Assembly (NCBI RefSeq): GCF_006345805.1
Contig: NC_043008.1
Coordinates: 76,694,001-76,758,000 of the forward strand
Length of the DNA: 64,000 nucleotides
Direction: 5' to 3'
DNA from: Octopus sinensis
Taxonomy: Eukaryota
Below are positions 39,141-52,000 of the stretch, piece by piece. Each line of letters begins with the position of its first letter. The first letter of the stretch is position 1. The notes beneath the pieces were generated by a model. It made no database searches. It was given only the letters and a program-made list of their open reading frames with translations, and was not told the DNA's origin. The position numbers were made by a program, and so were the translations under genes.

Positions 39141-40700
39141 GGTGAAATATAATTCATTTAATAAAATTAATAAATTTCACCTAGTAGTTTTATCGGTATG
39201 GAAAAGACCATATTTGGTAAGGATTATATTAATTATAATAAAGGGTTAATTGCAACAAGTTGCTCAAAACCACATACCGAAAATATTAGAAATAGCAGCC
39301 AAATAGGTCACCATTTCTCCTACTAGTAAAAAAGTCTCCACAAAAATTGACAAGGAAATGAACCTTTGGTTCTAATCCAGAAACGAATTTTCGTCTATAA
39401 TTAATCCAAATAGGCTGTGATTTCGTTATTTTCTTTCTCTTTGCCATATACGGGTTGCAAATTCTGTTTGTTTGTGGAGACTTTTTTACTAGTAGGAGAA
39501 ATGTTGACCTATTTGGCTGCTATTTCAAATATTTTCGGTGTGTGGTTTTGAGCAACTTGTTGCAATTAACCATTTATTATAATTAATATAATCCTTACCA
39601 AATATGGTCTTTTCCATACCGATAAAACTACTAGGTGAAATTTATTAATTTTATTAAATTAATTATATTTCACCCTTTTTGTTTTTTGTACGCTATTACT
39701 CCCATAAAATAAATCTGCGAAACTTCGTTTCGTTGATAATGTTTTTGCAACTCACGTGGTAATTTTGGAGGAGATACGATTTCGCCTGTCTATATAAATG
39801 TGGAGATGCTGGCAGACCATTAGATCGTTCGATGTCACCTTCGAGCCGGTGTAGTGGGTGAGTTTTTTTCCCCCTAGTATTTCTAGATTTATAGGAAATT
39901 TTATTTGACAAGGAAATGAACCTCTGGTTCTAGTCCCCCAACGAATTTTCGTCTATAATTAATCCAAATTGGCTGTGATTTCGTTATTTTCTTTCTCTTG
40001 CCATATACGGGTTGCAAATTCTTTTGTTTGTGGGGACTTTTTTACTAGTAGGAGAAATGTTGACCTATTTGGCTGCTATTTCAAATATTTTCGGTGTGTG
40101 GTTTTGAGCAACTTGTTGCAATTAACCATTTATTATAATTAATATAATCCTTACCAAATATGGTCTTTTCCATACCGATAAAACTACTAGGTGAAATTTA
40201 TTAATTTTATTAAATTAATTATATTTCACCCTTTTTGTTTTTTGTACGCTATTACTCCCATAAAATAAATCTGCGAAACTTCGTTTCGTTGATAATGTTT
40301 TTGCAACTCACGTGGTAATTTTGGAGGGAGATACGATTTCGCCTGTCTATATAAATGTGGAGATGCTGGCAGACCATTAGATCGTTCGATGTCACCTTCG
40401 AGCCGGTGTAGTGGGTGAGTTTTTTTCCCCCTAGTATTTCTAGATTTATAGGAAATGTTATATTGACAAGGAAATGAACCTCTGGTTCTAGTCCCCAAAC
40501 GAATTTTCGTCTATAATTAATCCAAAATTGGCTGTGATTTCGTTATTTTCTTTCTCTTTGCCATATACGGGTTGCAAATTCTTTTTGTTTGTGGGGACTT
40601 TTTTACTAGTAGGAGAAATGGTGACCTATTTGGCTGCTATTTCTAATATTTTCGGTATGTGGTTTTGAGCAACTTGTTGCAATTAACCCTTTATTATAAT
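39141..40700. repeat. 558-bp tandem repeat (about 2.4 copies) preceded by a 204-bp inverted partial copy
   Basis: TTGACAAGGAAATGAACC at 39347, 39905 and 40463; 39141-39344 is the reverse complement of 39471-39674; flanked by (TA)n. Confidence 0.9.
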
Positions 40701-40714
40701 TTATATATATATAT

Positions 40715-41812
40715 GTATATGTAAAAAAAAATACAAACTGGGACAAGAACGCAAAACATTTAGAAGACGATACAAAAAACACGGACGGGACATTCGAAGC
40801 CTTCAATCTTCAGTCAAGAACCGGATCATCCTCGCAATTTCGGCTGATTAATCTTGAGATCGCTCCGATCCGGCCAGCCCCAAGTAAAAACTAAGCTACG
40901 AGCATTAGATTTCTTGGAAAAAGGATCGAATGTATACGAAACAAGGACAGAAAAACGGACGATGCCACACGAATATAAATACAAAAAACAATAATAGAAA
41001 TAACAGGACAAAAACAGTGGGTGTCTTACGACTATAGACAGTACAACTTAGCTTAGCTGGCGTATTTTGAAAAAAATGCCTTTTTTTCGGCAGAAGAAGA
41101 AAACGCTGTTCTCGTGGCGGTGGTCAGAAGCCGAAAGGCTGGTTGACAGAGGTCACGTGAGAGAAGAGAGAGAAAACAAGGGGGCAAAGGAATCAAAGAG
41201 AGAGAGAAAAAGAGGGACAACGGCACCAAGGGGGGAGAAGAGAGAGAAAGAAGGGATTAAAGAGGGGAGAAGAAAGAGACCGTGACAAGGATTGGCTTGG
41301 TGACAGAATCAGTGAGGTGCAAAGTGAGAAAGACAGAGAAATGTGAGGGAGTGGGGGAAGAGGAGACCAAAGAATCAGAGGCAAGAAAAGAGAAAAGTAG
41401 GAGGAGAAGAGAGAGATGAAGAAACAGATCAAAGTGGAGTGCAAAGTGTGAAAGGCAGAGAAATGTAGGAGAGGGGGGAGAGAGAGACAGTGTTATAGAG
41501 TCGTACCAATTTTAAAGAAATAGGTAGTTACATACAAGACCAAAAAGTGTACGGTCGTCGCTATATATATATATATATGTATATGTAAAAAAATACAAAC
41601 TGGGACAAGAACGCAAAACATTTAGAAGACGATACAAAAAACACGGACTGGACATTCGAAGCCTTCAATCTTCAGTCAAGAACCGGATCATCCTCGCAAT
41701 TTCGGCTGATTAATCATGAGATCGCTCCGATCCGGCCAGCCCCACGGAAAAACTAAGCTACGAGCATTAGATTTCTTGGAAAAAGGATCGAATGTATACG
41801 AAACAAGGACAT
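40715..41812 (-). repeat. partial tandem of a non-coding (TA)n-anchored repeat (~860-bp period), pseudo-LTR-like
   Basis: The block ATGTAAAAAAATACAAACTGGGACAAG...GAAACAAGGAC occurs twice, separated by a GA-rich tract; same layout at 58390-59515. Confidence 0.75.
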
Positions 41813-41833
41813 ACATATATATATGTTTATATA

Positions 41834-41865
<32 letters not shown>

Positions 41866-41989
41866 GTATATATATATATGTATAGTATATATAATATATA
41901 TATATATATATATTATATATGTATATATATATATATGTATATATATTATGTATATATATATAATATGTATATATATATGTATGTATATA

Positions 41990-42029
<40 letters not shown>

Positions 42030-42070
42030 ATATATATATGTATATATATATATATGTATATATATATATG

Positions 42071-42176
<106 letters not shown>

Positions 42177-42180
42177 CCTA

Positions 42181-42390
42181 GGGCGGCGAGCTTGCAGAAA
42201 CGTTAGCACTGCGGGCAAAATACTTAGCCGTATTTCGTCTGACTTTTGTGCTGGGTTCAAATCCACCAAGGTCGAATAAAACCTTTCAACCTTTCGGGCA
42301 CAATAATTTACCTACCAGTTGCGTACTGTCGTCGATCTAATCGACTCCCCCATCTCTCAAAATTTCGGGCCTTCTGCCTAGAGTAAAAAA
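42181..42390 (+). mobile_element. SINE family B, sense orientation
   Basis: GGCGGCGAGCTTGCAGAAACGTTAGC (A-box-like) ... GGGTTCAAATCC (B-box). Confidence 0.75.
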
Positions 42391-42396
42391 AAATTG

Positions 42397-42671
42397 TTTT
42401 ACTTGTTTCAGTCATGTGACAGCGGTTATGCTAAAGCACCGCCTCTGGTCGAAAAAGTCAACCACAGGATTGATTCTTTGTAAGCCTAGTACTTATTCTA
42501 TCAAAGTTTTTTGCCGAACCGCTAAGTTATGGGAACGTAAACACAGCAACATCGGCTGTCAAGCAATGGTGGGGGTACAAACACAGATACACACACACAC
42601 ACACAGAAATATATTCTTTCTGTTTCCGTGTACGAAATCTACTCACAAGGCGTTGGTCGGCCTGAGGCTAT
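42397..42671 (-). mobile_element. SINE family A, 5'-truncated, diverged
   Basis: Reverse complement of the family A 3' two-thirds. Confidence 0.75.
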
Positions 42672-42736
42672 AATATATATATATCTTATAGAAAAATATA
42701 TATATATATATATATATGTACATATACATATACATG

Positions 42737-42770
<34 letters not shown>

Positions 42771-42775
42771 ATATA

Positions 42776-42871
<96 letters not shown>

Positions 42872-42947
42872 ATATATATATAGATATACATATATATATA
42901 TATCCATATGTGTATATAGATATACATATATACACATATATACATCC

Positions 42948-42988
<41 letters not shown>

Positions 42989-43004
42989 TATATATATATA
43001 TATA

Positions 43005-43180
43005 TGTTGTGTCTGGGGAGAGTCATTTTCTTTTTGTGCCTTATAATGTAACACACTCACCGTTAAAATTTCTACTTTTTTTTTTCTTAAAATTTTCGTT
43101 GCATCTTGCAACCTTTTCAATAGTTATAATGTGTTACATTTTAAAGCACAAGAAGAAAATTACTCTCCCCAGACGCAACA
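43005..43180. mobile_element. 176-bp MITE with 51-bp TIRs
   Basis: TGTTGTGTCTGGGGAGAGTCATTTTC...AATGTAACACA vs TGTGTTACATT...AATTACTCTCCCCAGACGCAACA; sits at the end of a (TA)n array. Confidence 0.75.
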
Positions 43181-43403
43181 GAATATGCTTCAACACACGA
43201 ACTCACATAAAGGATCTTGCAAACCAAATGTGTGTGTGTGTGTGTATTTTCAGCAAAACTTAGATTCAAATGAATATGGTACTTAAGTCAGGTGCACCAG
43301 AATTTTGTACGGTGTTATCCATATAAATCCATGGGCTGATTATAATCAAAATAAGCAACAAGAATATCTTCGGTATTCTTGTTGCTTATTTTGATTATAT
43401 ATA

Positions 43404-43533
<130 letters not shown>

Positions 43534-43699
43534 ATACATATACAAACAAGCTTAAAAATGCATATCGAAAGAAATTGAAACTGAAATCATATAATAGAGA
43601 AAGTTATCACTTTCTACACGTGATATGGACCAGTGTAAGAGATAAGAGATTGCTCCAGGCTTGCATCAGGCAAGAAGTTTTAGGTCCAGGACACTGCAT

Positions 43700-43815
43700 G
43701 AACCCTAGGTATGACATGTGTAAAATTTGAATGAAATCCGTTGAGTAGTTCTCGAGTTTTGGTTATACGCACATACAGACAGTCACACAGACAATCTCAG
43801 TTTTATACATATCGA
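43700..43815 (-). mobile_element. non-autonomous Helitron-like 5' end
   Basis: The minus strand reads A|TCGATATGTATAAAACTGAGATTGTCTGTGTGACTGTCTGTATGTG...CAACGGATTTCATTCAAATTT; 3' end not identified. Confidence 0.45.
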
Positions 43816-44760
43816 TAACACACTGGGTAATCAGTATATCCAAACGTTTTATACATAGACATTAAGTAAAGGTGTATTTGTAATATGTGTGTGTGTGTGT
43901 TTATGTGTGCGTGTGTGTGTGGCTGAAGAGTCCAAAGTATTCCCAAGAAAACGACCAGCAATTAATTTATAACATTACATTTCCACCCTCCAATCAGCAT
44001 TCCTGTATCATTTCGTTTCCAGACTAATTAACTATGATGATGTATGGTGATGGCAACATATCGTTAATAACTTTCCTTTTAGCAACAAGATTTTGCTTCG
44101 AGACTAATTAATTGTGACAAACTGTTGAATCTTTGGAAGAATGACATCAGTTGTTGGTGAGGCTGGCAGCTAGTGGTCAGCTGACAGTCATATATCACTC
44201 TATAACAAAGCTAACCCTTCACACACGCAGGTGATTTCAGTTGAAAGATGGCGAGTTTTGCTGGAACCTTCTATTTCATATTGGCTTTTCTGTAAGTGCA
44301 AATGCTTTTCAAGACTAATCCAGGCGGCAAAGTATAATGACTTCTTGAATTATACTTTATTTATTCTTCTTTACATACCATACAGAGAGTGAGGAATGTC
44401 AGAATATGTTGAACACCGGACTAAATACATTGTGTTATCAAGTTACGTTGCTTTACATTCTCAGTTCAAATCTTTTTGCCAACAGGTTTACCTTTCATTA
44501 TCCCGGAGCCGATAAAAGCTGTATCAGTAAAATACTCCAGTAAATTCAGTAAACTAGCAAATAGAAGCTTGTTTGGTTCTAAGTATACCTTGGTAAAGCA
44601 GAAACAATGATCAAAATGATCTCCACCACCTTTTGAAGATTTGTCTATCTCTTTTAATCTTTCACGTTGTCCAACTGTCCGTCACTTTTTCTCCTTGTTC
44701 CGTTTGTGCTATTTTTCCTGCGCGCACACACTCGGACACACACACATACTCATATATATA

Positions 44761-46080
44761 CAGGGTGCGTAAGCTGTTTGAGGACAGATTTATGTTTATA
44801 AAAAACAGATATATAATAACAGATAATAACTTTATTAAACAATGCTATGAGGATAAAAATAAACCTTTTCTATAAGTTATTCTATAAAGCCACCTTCAGC
44901 TTTAATAACTGCTTCTATATGAGTTGTAAATCATCTACATGCTCTAATCAAGTGGTCCTGGTTCGTTTTTGGCATTACTCCGATAATGGCAGCCTTCAAA
45001 GTATCTTTGGTGCTATGGGCATGTTCATTGACCTCTCTCTCAACAACGCTCCAAATGTAATAGTCTAATGGATTGAGATCTAGGGAATAAGCCGGCCAAA
45101 TGTTTGGGTTTATGTGATCATGAAAGTTTTTTCAGCCATCCATTCCTGTGTTACAAGAGCCATTTGTGATAGTGCAGAAACACATATGAAACACATATGG
45201 CCTTCCATTGCATATACTGTCTATCCAGGGCTTAACAAGCTTAACAATTGTTTCCAGGATCTCAATGTAGGTGGCAGAATTAACTCTAAGGCTTTGTGGA
45301 AAGAAGTAAGGAGGCATCACATGTCATTCATTGCTGACAACCCCTAAAACCATGATAGTTGCAGGAAATTTTGTATGTATAACACTTGGAACTTCAGATG
45401 CACATAACTATTTGTCATTTCTTCCGTCAATTTTTTGATCTTGGTCGAAGATTCTCTCGCTTGAGAAAAACCAAATCAAATCTTCTGCTGGATTTTTTAC
45501 TTTGTTTAAGAGCCTTTTAGAACTGAGGAAGTGATTTTCTTTTGCTTTTTCAGAAAAAATTAACCTTTCCTCATCATATAAGACTTATATCTGATGTCTT
45601 CGTGGACAACATTTCTGATTGTTCTTTCTGACACATGGAGATCTTTTGCCATTGACCTCATGGACTATTTGGGATCAATAGTCTGTTGAACTTGTTGGAT
45701 AAATGATGATTTCATAGCGTTTAGAATGTTTTTTTATGCTTAGATACTGGTGATACGTTTCCATCTTCAGTCTCTAACTCCTTATGAACTTTCTAGACGA
45801 AAGATCTGGTAACTTTTAAAAATCAAGATATTTCTAAATCACTATGCTCAACCCCAATAACAGCATGCCGCTTCATTTTTGAGGGTCTGTATGTGTGTAA
45901 CATTCACCCACAGCAGTGAGTGAATATATTAAGATCAACTTTTAGTTACTGGCGGGCGGTTCTAAGTTTCATCACTAATTCAGTTCTCAATCAAATTGAA
46001 TGCAGTTTTTCATAGCAATGATTGTCCGGTCTTCAGCTACACTTCGAGATCAGGTAATTGATAATTAAGTAACCGCACAA
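44761..46080 (-). mobile_element. decayed maT/DD37D-like Tc1/mariner transposon
   Basis: Begins TA|CAGGGTG. Minus-strand fragments MKRHAV..., MPPYFFPQSLRVN...VKPWID, LDLNPLDYYIWSVVE...AVIKAEGGFIE* (stop at 44877). Other TIR not resolved. Confidence 0.75.
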
Positions 46081-46146
46081 AAAGTTAGGTCAAAATATGC
46101 GAGGTCAAAAATGAGAGAGTAGGCGAAAAATTGACTTTGAATCAAA

Positions 46147-47620
46147 TTATTCTTTCTTTCTTTCTTTCTTTCTTTGTAGTCTCAGATGAGCAGTGGCCAT
46201 GCTGGAGCACCGCCATTTTGCTACACTGTTATTGCCGAGAGTCTCCTCTAATATGTGGCTCTTTGTGAAGAATGAGTTTAAGGTAGCTACCCTCATTTGC
46301 ACCTCTTGCCGTGAGGTAGGTTCATCTGGGACTCGGGACAGGAAGATGTTCAGCCTTGATTTAAAAACGCCTACATCCACTTTGCTCTTTGGGAGAATAT
46401 TAAAAAGCTGTGGGACCCTGAAACCTAGGCTGTTGCAGTAACTGGTCCTGGAGCGTGATGGCATTGCTGGGATCTTTGTCACTGTGCAGTGTCGATCCGT
46501 TCTGGCATTGGTGTAGCTTTCAATGCCAAAATTTGGCACAATTCATTCCAGGTTCTTCTAGATGTATATTACTGCATACCTCTCCCGCCTTCGCTCAAGG
46601 GAGTAGAGTCTTAGCTGTTTCAGCCTTTCCCAGTAGCTGAGCTGTTGCAAAGAGACGATCGTCTTTGTGAAGCTTCACTGGATTGCTTCAAGATCCGGTG
46701 TTAATTTTACACTGTTGGGTGAACATATCTAGGAGCAGTAATCCAGGCAGCTGAGGACGAATATCCTCCAGAGGACCATCATGGTTTCCTTATCTCTGAT
46801 TCTGAATGTTCTCAAGATCCATCCAACCAATCGTCTGCACGTTGTCGTCATCCTGGTAATGTGCACTTAGAAAGAGATGTCCCTCATTGATTTAAGCTTT
46901 GGGATTGATATTCCCTGTGAACCAGTGTACTCTGTAAGTTTCATATTCAGTTTTGGACGCTGGTAGCGCAGAGTTTGGAATTTTTAACATTAAACTGCAT
47001 ATTATTATCCTCAACCCATCTGTAAATTGAGTCCAACTCCTGCTGCAGATGTGCAACATCGCTGGGATTCTGTATTTTCTGCGAGACTTTCGTATCATTT
47101 GCTTAGCTAGCAACGGTGTCTATCCGGGCACATGAGAGGGCCACTATGAAAAGCAGTGGTTGTTCAGGTGGCTCCATTGGCCACTACTACGTGACTTCTA
47201 TCTTTCAGAAAGTCGTGTAACCACTCTCTAAGTTTTCCAGCTATGCCAAGATTACACAGTTTGTGGCATATCATACCGTGATCCACTTTATCAAAAGCTT
47301 TTGCAATATCAAGGTATATTACGTCCACATTTGAGTTGTTGAATAACTGCCTCATCACCCAGTCATAATGTTGTAAGAGCTGGTTCAGGCAGCTCCTGCC
47401 TGGTTGAAAGCCATGTTGGGTATCACTCAGCAAGTTATTTTCTTCAAGGAGCCTGCCATTTGCAAGAAAGCTCTGGGAGAGATCTAGAAGGGTTTTGCCA
47501 GGGCACGCTTATACGATTTGAGGAGGATTGTTGTGAAACCATCAGCTGAGTTTGCGTCCACTTCATCTATAGCTAGTAGTATATCTTCTTCGCTAATGTC
47601 GATGTATTCGCATATCTCAG
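46147..47620 (-). mobile_element. CR1-group LINE 3' portion with a (GAAA)n tail
   Basis: QHGFQPGRSCLNQLL, VIYLDIAKAFDKVDH, FNILPK...VPDEP; same family as 38008-38792; tail GGCGGTGCTCCAGCATGGCC followed by (AAAG)n. Confidence 0.88.
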
Positions 47621-49384
47621 TTATTATTTATTTATTATTTAAGTATAGATTAATTGGATTTAAAAGAATATGCACATAGAGAAGAATGTTTTGGTGAAAA
47701 CTAAGTTGAAAAGTATTTGCTAGAAATACAGTTGTATGGCTTTAAGTGACAAAAAATTGGTAACCCTCAAAATTGCCTTTGAATCGAGATATCTCAAATA
47801 ATTATGCACAAATTTTAAATCACAGATATTGTGTTATAAAATTAAACTCATGTAGAATATATGTAATTCAAACGATTAAAATATAGCAAACTATAATTAA
47901 AGACACAAAAGAATTAATTTCTTTAGGTTTTCATTATGAGATGATAAATTATTTTCTGTTTACATTTAGAAAAATATTCTTAAAAATGAAATCTAATGAA
48001 CAATTTGAGTGCAAAATATAGAAAAGACTCTCTAACTCTTTTTTAAAATACTTAGGGGTTATAACTGTCAATTTTTCTTGAATTACTATTAAGTGATTTT
48101 TTTTTTTAGATATATGAATTTGTAATATGAATCTTTTTATGTGTAAACTTGCAGGCAATTAGTCTTTTCACTAAAACTGAAAATTATTATCTTCTTGAGT
48201 AATTCAATTTAAACTTTTAAGTAAAAATAAATATATAAACAGCCATTTACTACTATTTTAGTTTTTAAATCCTAACTTCAGCTGCAATTTTTAAAGATTT
48301 TTCTTGTCCTGTACTATTCCAGGCTTAATTACTGCTTATTCTGTAGTTGCCCAGGTTCAATAATTAAGAATATTCTAGGATTCTGCGCCCTCATTCTTCA
48401 TTCTTGAGCAAATGTGTTCCAACCATGACTATTTCACCTTTTATTTATTTATCTATTTATTGCTGACATCGTGCATCTCCAATGTTTGCCTCCTGTTTTA
48501 AAGTGTGATATTTAAAGGGAATTTATTTCTAGCATGCCGAAATTCCACTTGGAAACTCCCCCTTTGATTCCTTCCTCTCCAAATGAGAGATGGTTAAAGA
48601 GGACCTTGTCATAATGTAATATTTGTTATTCTACGCTTATATCTGCTTTTGTATATCACACCCTAATTATGTAAATGCTGTTATTTTTCCTGTTGCTGTT
48701 GTTATTATCATTGCTACTGCTGTAATGTTATGTTTGTCTAAACTGCCGTTGATCTCGTTCAGATGATTGATGTGTCCAAGAGTTCAAATACACCCACGTG
48801 CAGCAGGTTTATGGAAACGACTGCGATTAGCAAACACAATTGATGTCACTATAATCGGAAGTAATGCAAGTTATTTTTACCATAAAAAATTGTACAGATC
48901 CACAGCAAAAGATTTCCACTAATATATTTTGATTATGTAATGAATTTCTTACCACATTCCCAGAAATATCATTCATTGACATTTTTCTTTCATTTCTTTC
49001 TTGTTTCTTTTATTTGTCACTAGAGCAAAATGTTTATCTATTGTCCCGGAATCTGTGTCTGTCATTGTGACGTCTGTAAACTTTATAGAATAGCGTTTAA
49101 ATCCATATTGTACCAAGACGTTTCCTTCTCACTCTATTGAGATAACATTTATTGTTTAAAGAAACTGTGATCTGAAGCAAGTTGCTCTCTTTGTTATGTC
49201 ATATATAATACGATGTGATACCATATGATGTTCACACAGCACAAACAAGCTTTGGCACGGTAAAGTATGTATAATGGAGTTTTTGATGCTTCTTTTGGGT
49301 TTGTGGGGGGTGTTTATTTCAATTTGCTGTACTTGTCGAAACTGGAGTAAATCTAGAAGTTTTTGAATGAATAGGACTGAATGA

Positions 49385-49530
49385 ATCAACCCCAATGCTA
49401 AACTGGTATTTATTTTATCGACCCCAGAAAATGGAAGAAAATGTTGACCTCAGCAGAATTAGAACTCAGAATGCAAAGAGACGCAACAAATACAGCAAGG
49501 TATTCTCCGACACGCTAACGATCCTGCAAT
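49385..49530 (-). mobile_element. diverged SINE family B fragment
   Basis: AACTGGTATTTATTTTATCGACCCC...GAATTAGAACTCAGAA. Confidence 0.6.
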
Positions 49531-49641
49531 CTACTATACCAACAGTAATCCCCACATTTGTGAGATCTGTTCGTCTGTAATATAACCTCTCATTTGTTCC
49601 GCAATACTCTCCCCAACCCCCATCTCTCTCTCTCTCTCTCT

Positions 49642-49703
<62 letters not shown>

Positions 49704-49724
49704 GTTTGTATACTGACACATATC

Positions 49725-49927
49725 CAGTAATCCCTCGCCATATCGCGGTTCAACTATCGCGGTTTACGCGGATTCCTCCGTGGTGTTGTTTTGCATTTAA
49801 AATAAATATATACAAATTATAGAATAAAAGAAAAAATATACAGTACAGTACTGTTTCTACTTCGCGGATTTTCACCTATCGCGGGGGTTTTTGGAACGTA
49901 GCATCTGCGATAGTCGAGGGTTTACTG
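49725..49927. mobile_element. pogo/Tigger-type MITE (~200 bp)
   Basis: TIRs CAGTAATCCCTCG / CGAGGGTTTACTG, followed by TA at the right end. Confidence 0.7.
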
Positions 49928-50309
49928 TATTTCTCAACACTATCGTTAAAGACACTAAAACAAAAGTATGAAGCTCTATTCTGTTCGTGTCTCTCTCTCC
50001 CCCTCTCTCTCTCTCTTTATGTATAAAGTCATACAAGTACATATATAGGAATATGTCAGCAGTAACCAGTGTATGTATGTATGTATTATGTATGTGTGTG
50101 TGTATGTATGTATGTTTTTCTTTTGCTTTTATTTAATTTAAAGCCGGTCGCTTGAAGGTGACAAGACATTTTGAGTTAAGAGAGTCCCTAGTGTTTGTAA
50201 ATACGTGCTTGAATTGATGTGTTGGTTGGACGTGCTTGAATTGGTGTGTTGGTTGAACTGGTGTGTTGGTTGTTGGTTGAGATTCTTATGTGAATAGATG
50301 CACACACTT

Positions 50310-50358
50310 GAGTGTTGGTTGACTGACAGAGTAATAGAAGTTAGAAGGCCTGATTTAC

Positions 50359-50390
<32 letters not shown>

Positions 50391-50404
50391 CCAGCAGCAG
50401 CAGC

Positions 50405-50447
<43 letters not shown>

Positions 50448-50458
50448 CCAGCAGCAGC

Positions 50459-50490
<32 letters not shown>

Positions 50491-50845
50491 ATAAAGGGAA
50501 TAGAAAGTGCCAGATAATTGACTTTGAAGTCCCAAAATTAATATGAGAAGTATAGAAAAAAAGCAAAATGTACCAGGACCTAGCTATTGGATTACAGAGA
50601 CTATGGAAAGCGTGGGTAAAATGTAGCCCAGTAGTTATAGGTGCATTGGGAACTATCCATAAAGATCTAAACTGATGGACAGAGGAAATAGGCGTAAAAC
50701 CCAGTTTAGTACAGCTGCAGAAACCAGTGTTATTAGGGACAGTTAGGGATACTTCGGAGGATTCTTGGCATCTAAAGCTACGCGTTATAGCCTAATGTTA
50801 GGTTTCTTTTCTTTTTCAACAGCCTAATCTGTTGAGTGTATATGA
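50310..50845 (+). mobile_element. RLE-type LINE 3' end, running into an (AAT)n array
   Basis: TDRVIEVRRPDLLV[expanded]DKGNRKCQIIDF..., YQDLAIGLQRLWK...PVVIGALGTI...LQKPVLLG. Confidence 0.85.
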
Positions 50846-50854
50846 ATAATAATG

Positions 50855-50926
<72 letters not shown>

Positions 50927-50964
50927 TAATAATGATGATGATGATGATGATGATGATGACGACC

Positions 50965-51007
<43 letters not shown>

Positions 51008-51140
51008 TGATGATGATGATGATGATAATGATAATAAGAAGAACAAGAACAAGAAAAACAACAACAATAATAATAATAATAATAATAACAACAACAACAA
51101 TAAGAAGAAGAACAACAACAACAATAACAACGACAACAAC

Positions 51141-51172
<32 letters not shown>

Positions 51173-51328
51173 CAACAACAATAAGAAGAACAACAACAAT
51201 AACAACGACAACAACAATAACAACAACAACAATAATAACAATAACAATGACAACAATAATAACAACAACAACAATAATAATAATAAAACAACAACAACAA
51301 CAACAATAATAACAATAACAATGACAAT

Positions 51329-51426
<98 letters not shown>
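50845..51426. repeat. compound trinucleotide array (AAT/GAT/GAC/AAG/AAC)
   Basis: Directly visible. Confidence 0.95.
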
Positions 51427-51427
<1 letters not shown>

Positions 51428-52000
51428 TAGGCTTCCCGTGACCCGTTGGGTCACCGGGAAAGTCTGCGTTTTCCAGCAACGGAGTTTTGTTTCATGGTTT
51501 TTTTCTTTTGCAGGTTATTTCGTATGCTTTCAACGAAATGTGACGTCGAAATCACGCGTAAGTGGCTCTTTTCGCCAGAAAAGGGAAGATTTGGCTGCTA
51601 TTTCTTGCACGCCCTGCTACTACGTAACAGGTAATTCGAGTCCTTTATTGCAAATAGCTGTTACATGTTATCATGGCATGCTAGAAATAGCACCCAAATC
51701 TTTGGAGGTGAGATACGTTGAATGCACTCGAAAAATCCTAAGGAAAAATTTTTTTTTCACACCGAGGTTACGAGTGGGTCTTTTTCGAAATATTTACCGT
51801 ATTTTCAAAGTCATTTTCACTTTAAAATATTTTTTTAATATGCCAAAAATTAATTTTTGAAAATAATTTTTTAAAAATTAAAATATTGTCTGTTTAAAGA
51901 AAACTAAAATATAAATACTTACTGTACAAATAACTTACAGTTTTGAAATTACATTCACCTAAAAATATTTCTAAGTGACTGAAATATTGTGTTTACTGAA
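51427..52000 (-). mobile_element. Helitron 3' terminus and body (left end exact, right end uncertain)
   Basis: The minus strand ends with hairpin CCCGGTGACCC-AAC-GGGTCACGGG, then AAGC CTAG|T, inside the AAT array. Confidence 0.65.

Noticed and set aside
42181-42260. tRNA-like A/B boxes here and in other SINE heads
   Set aside because: They continue into SINE bodies and do not form complete cloverleaves, so they are not called tRNA genes.
50778-51860. Poly-Y/I/L/N/T ORFs of 157-233 aa
   Set aside because: Translations of trinucleotide arrays.
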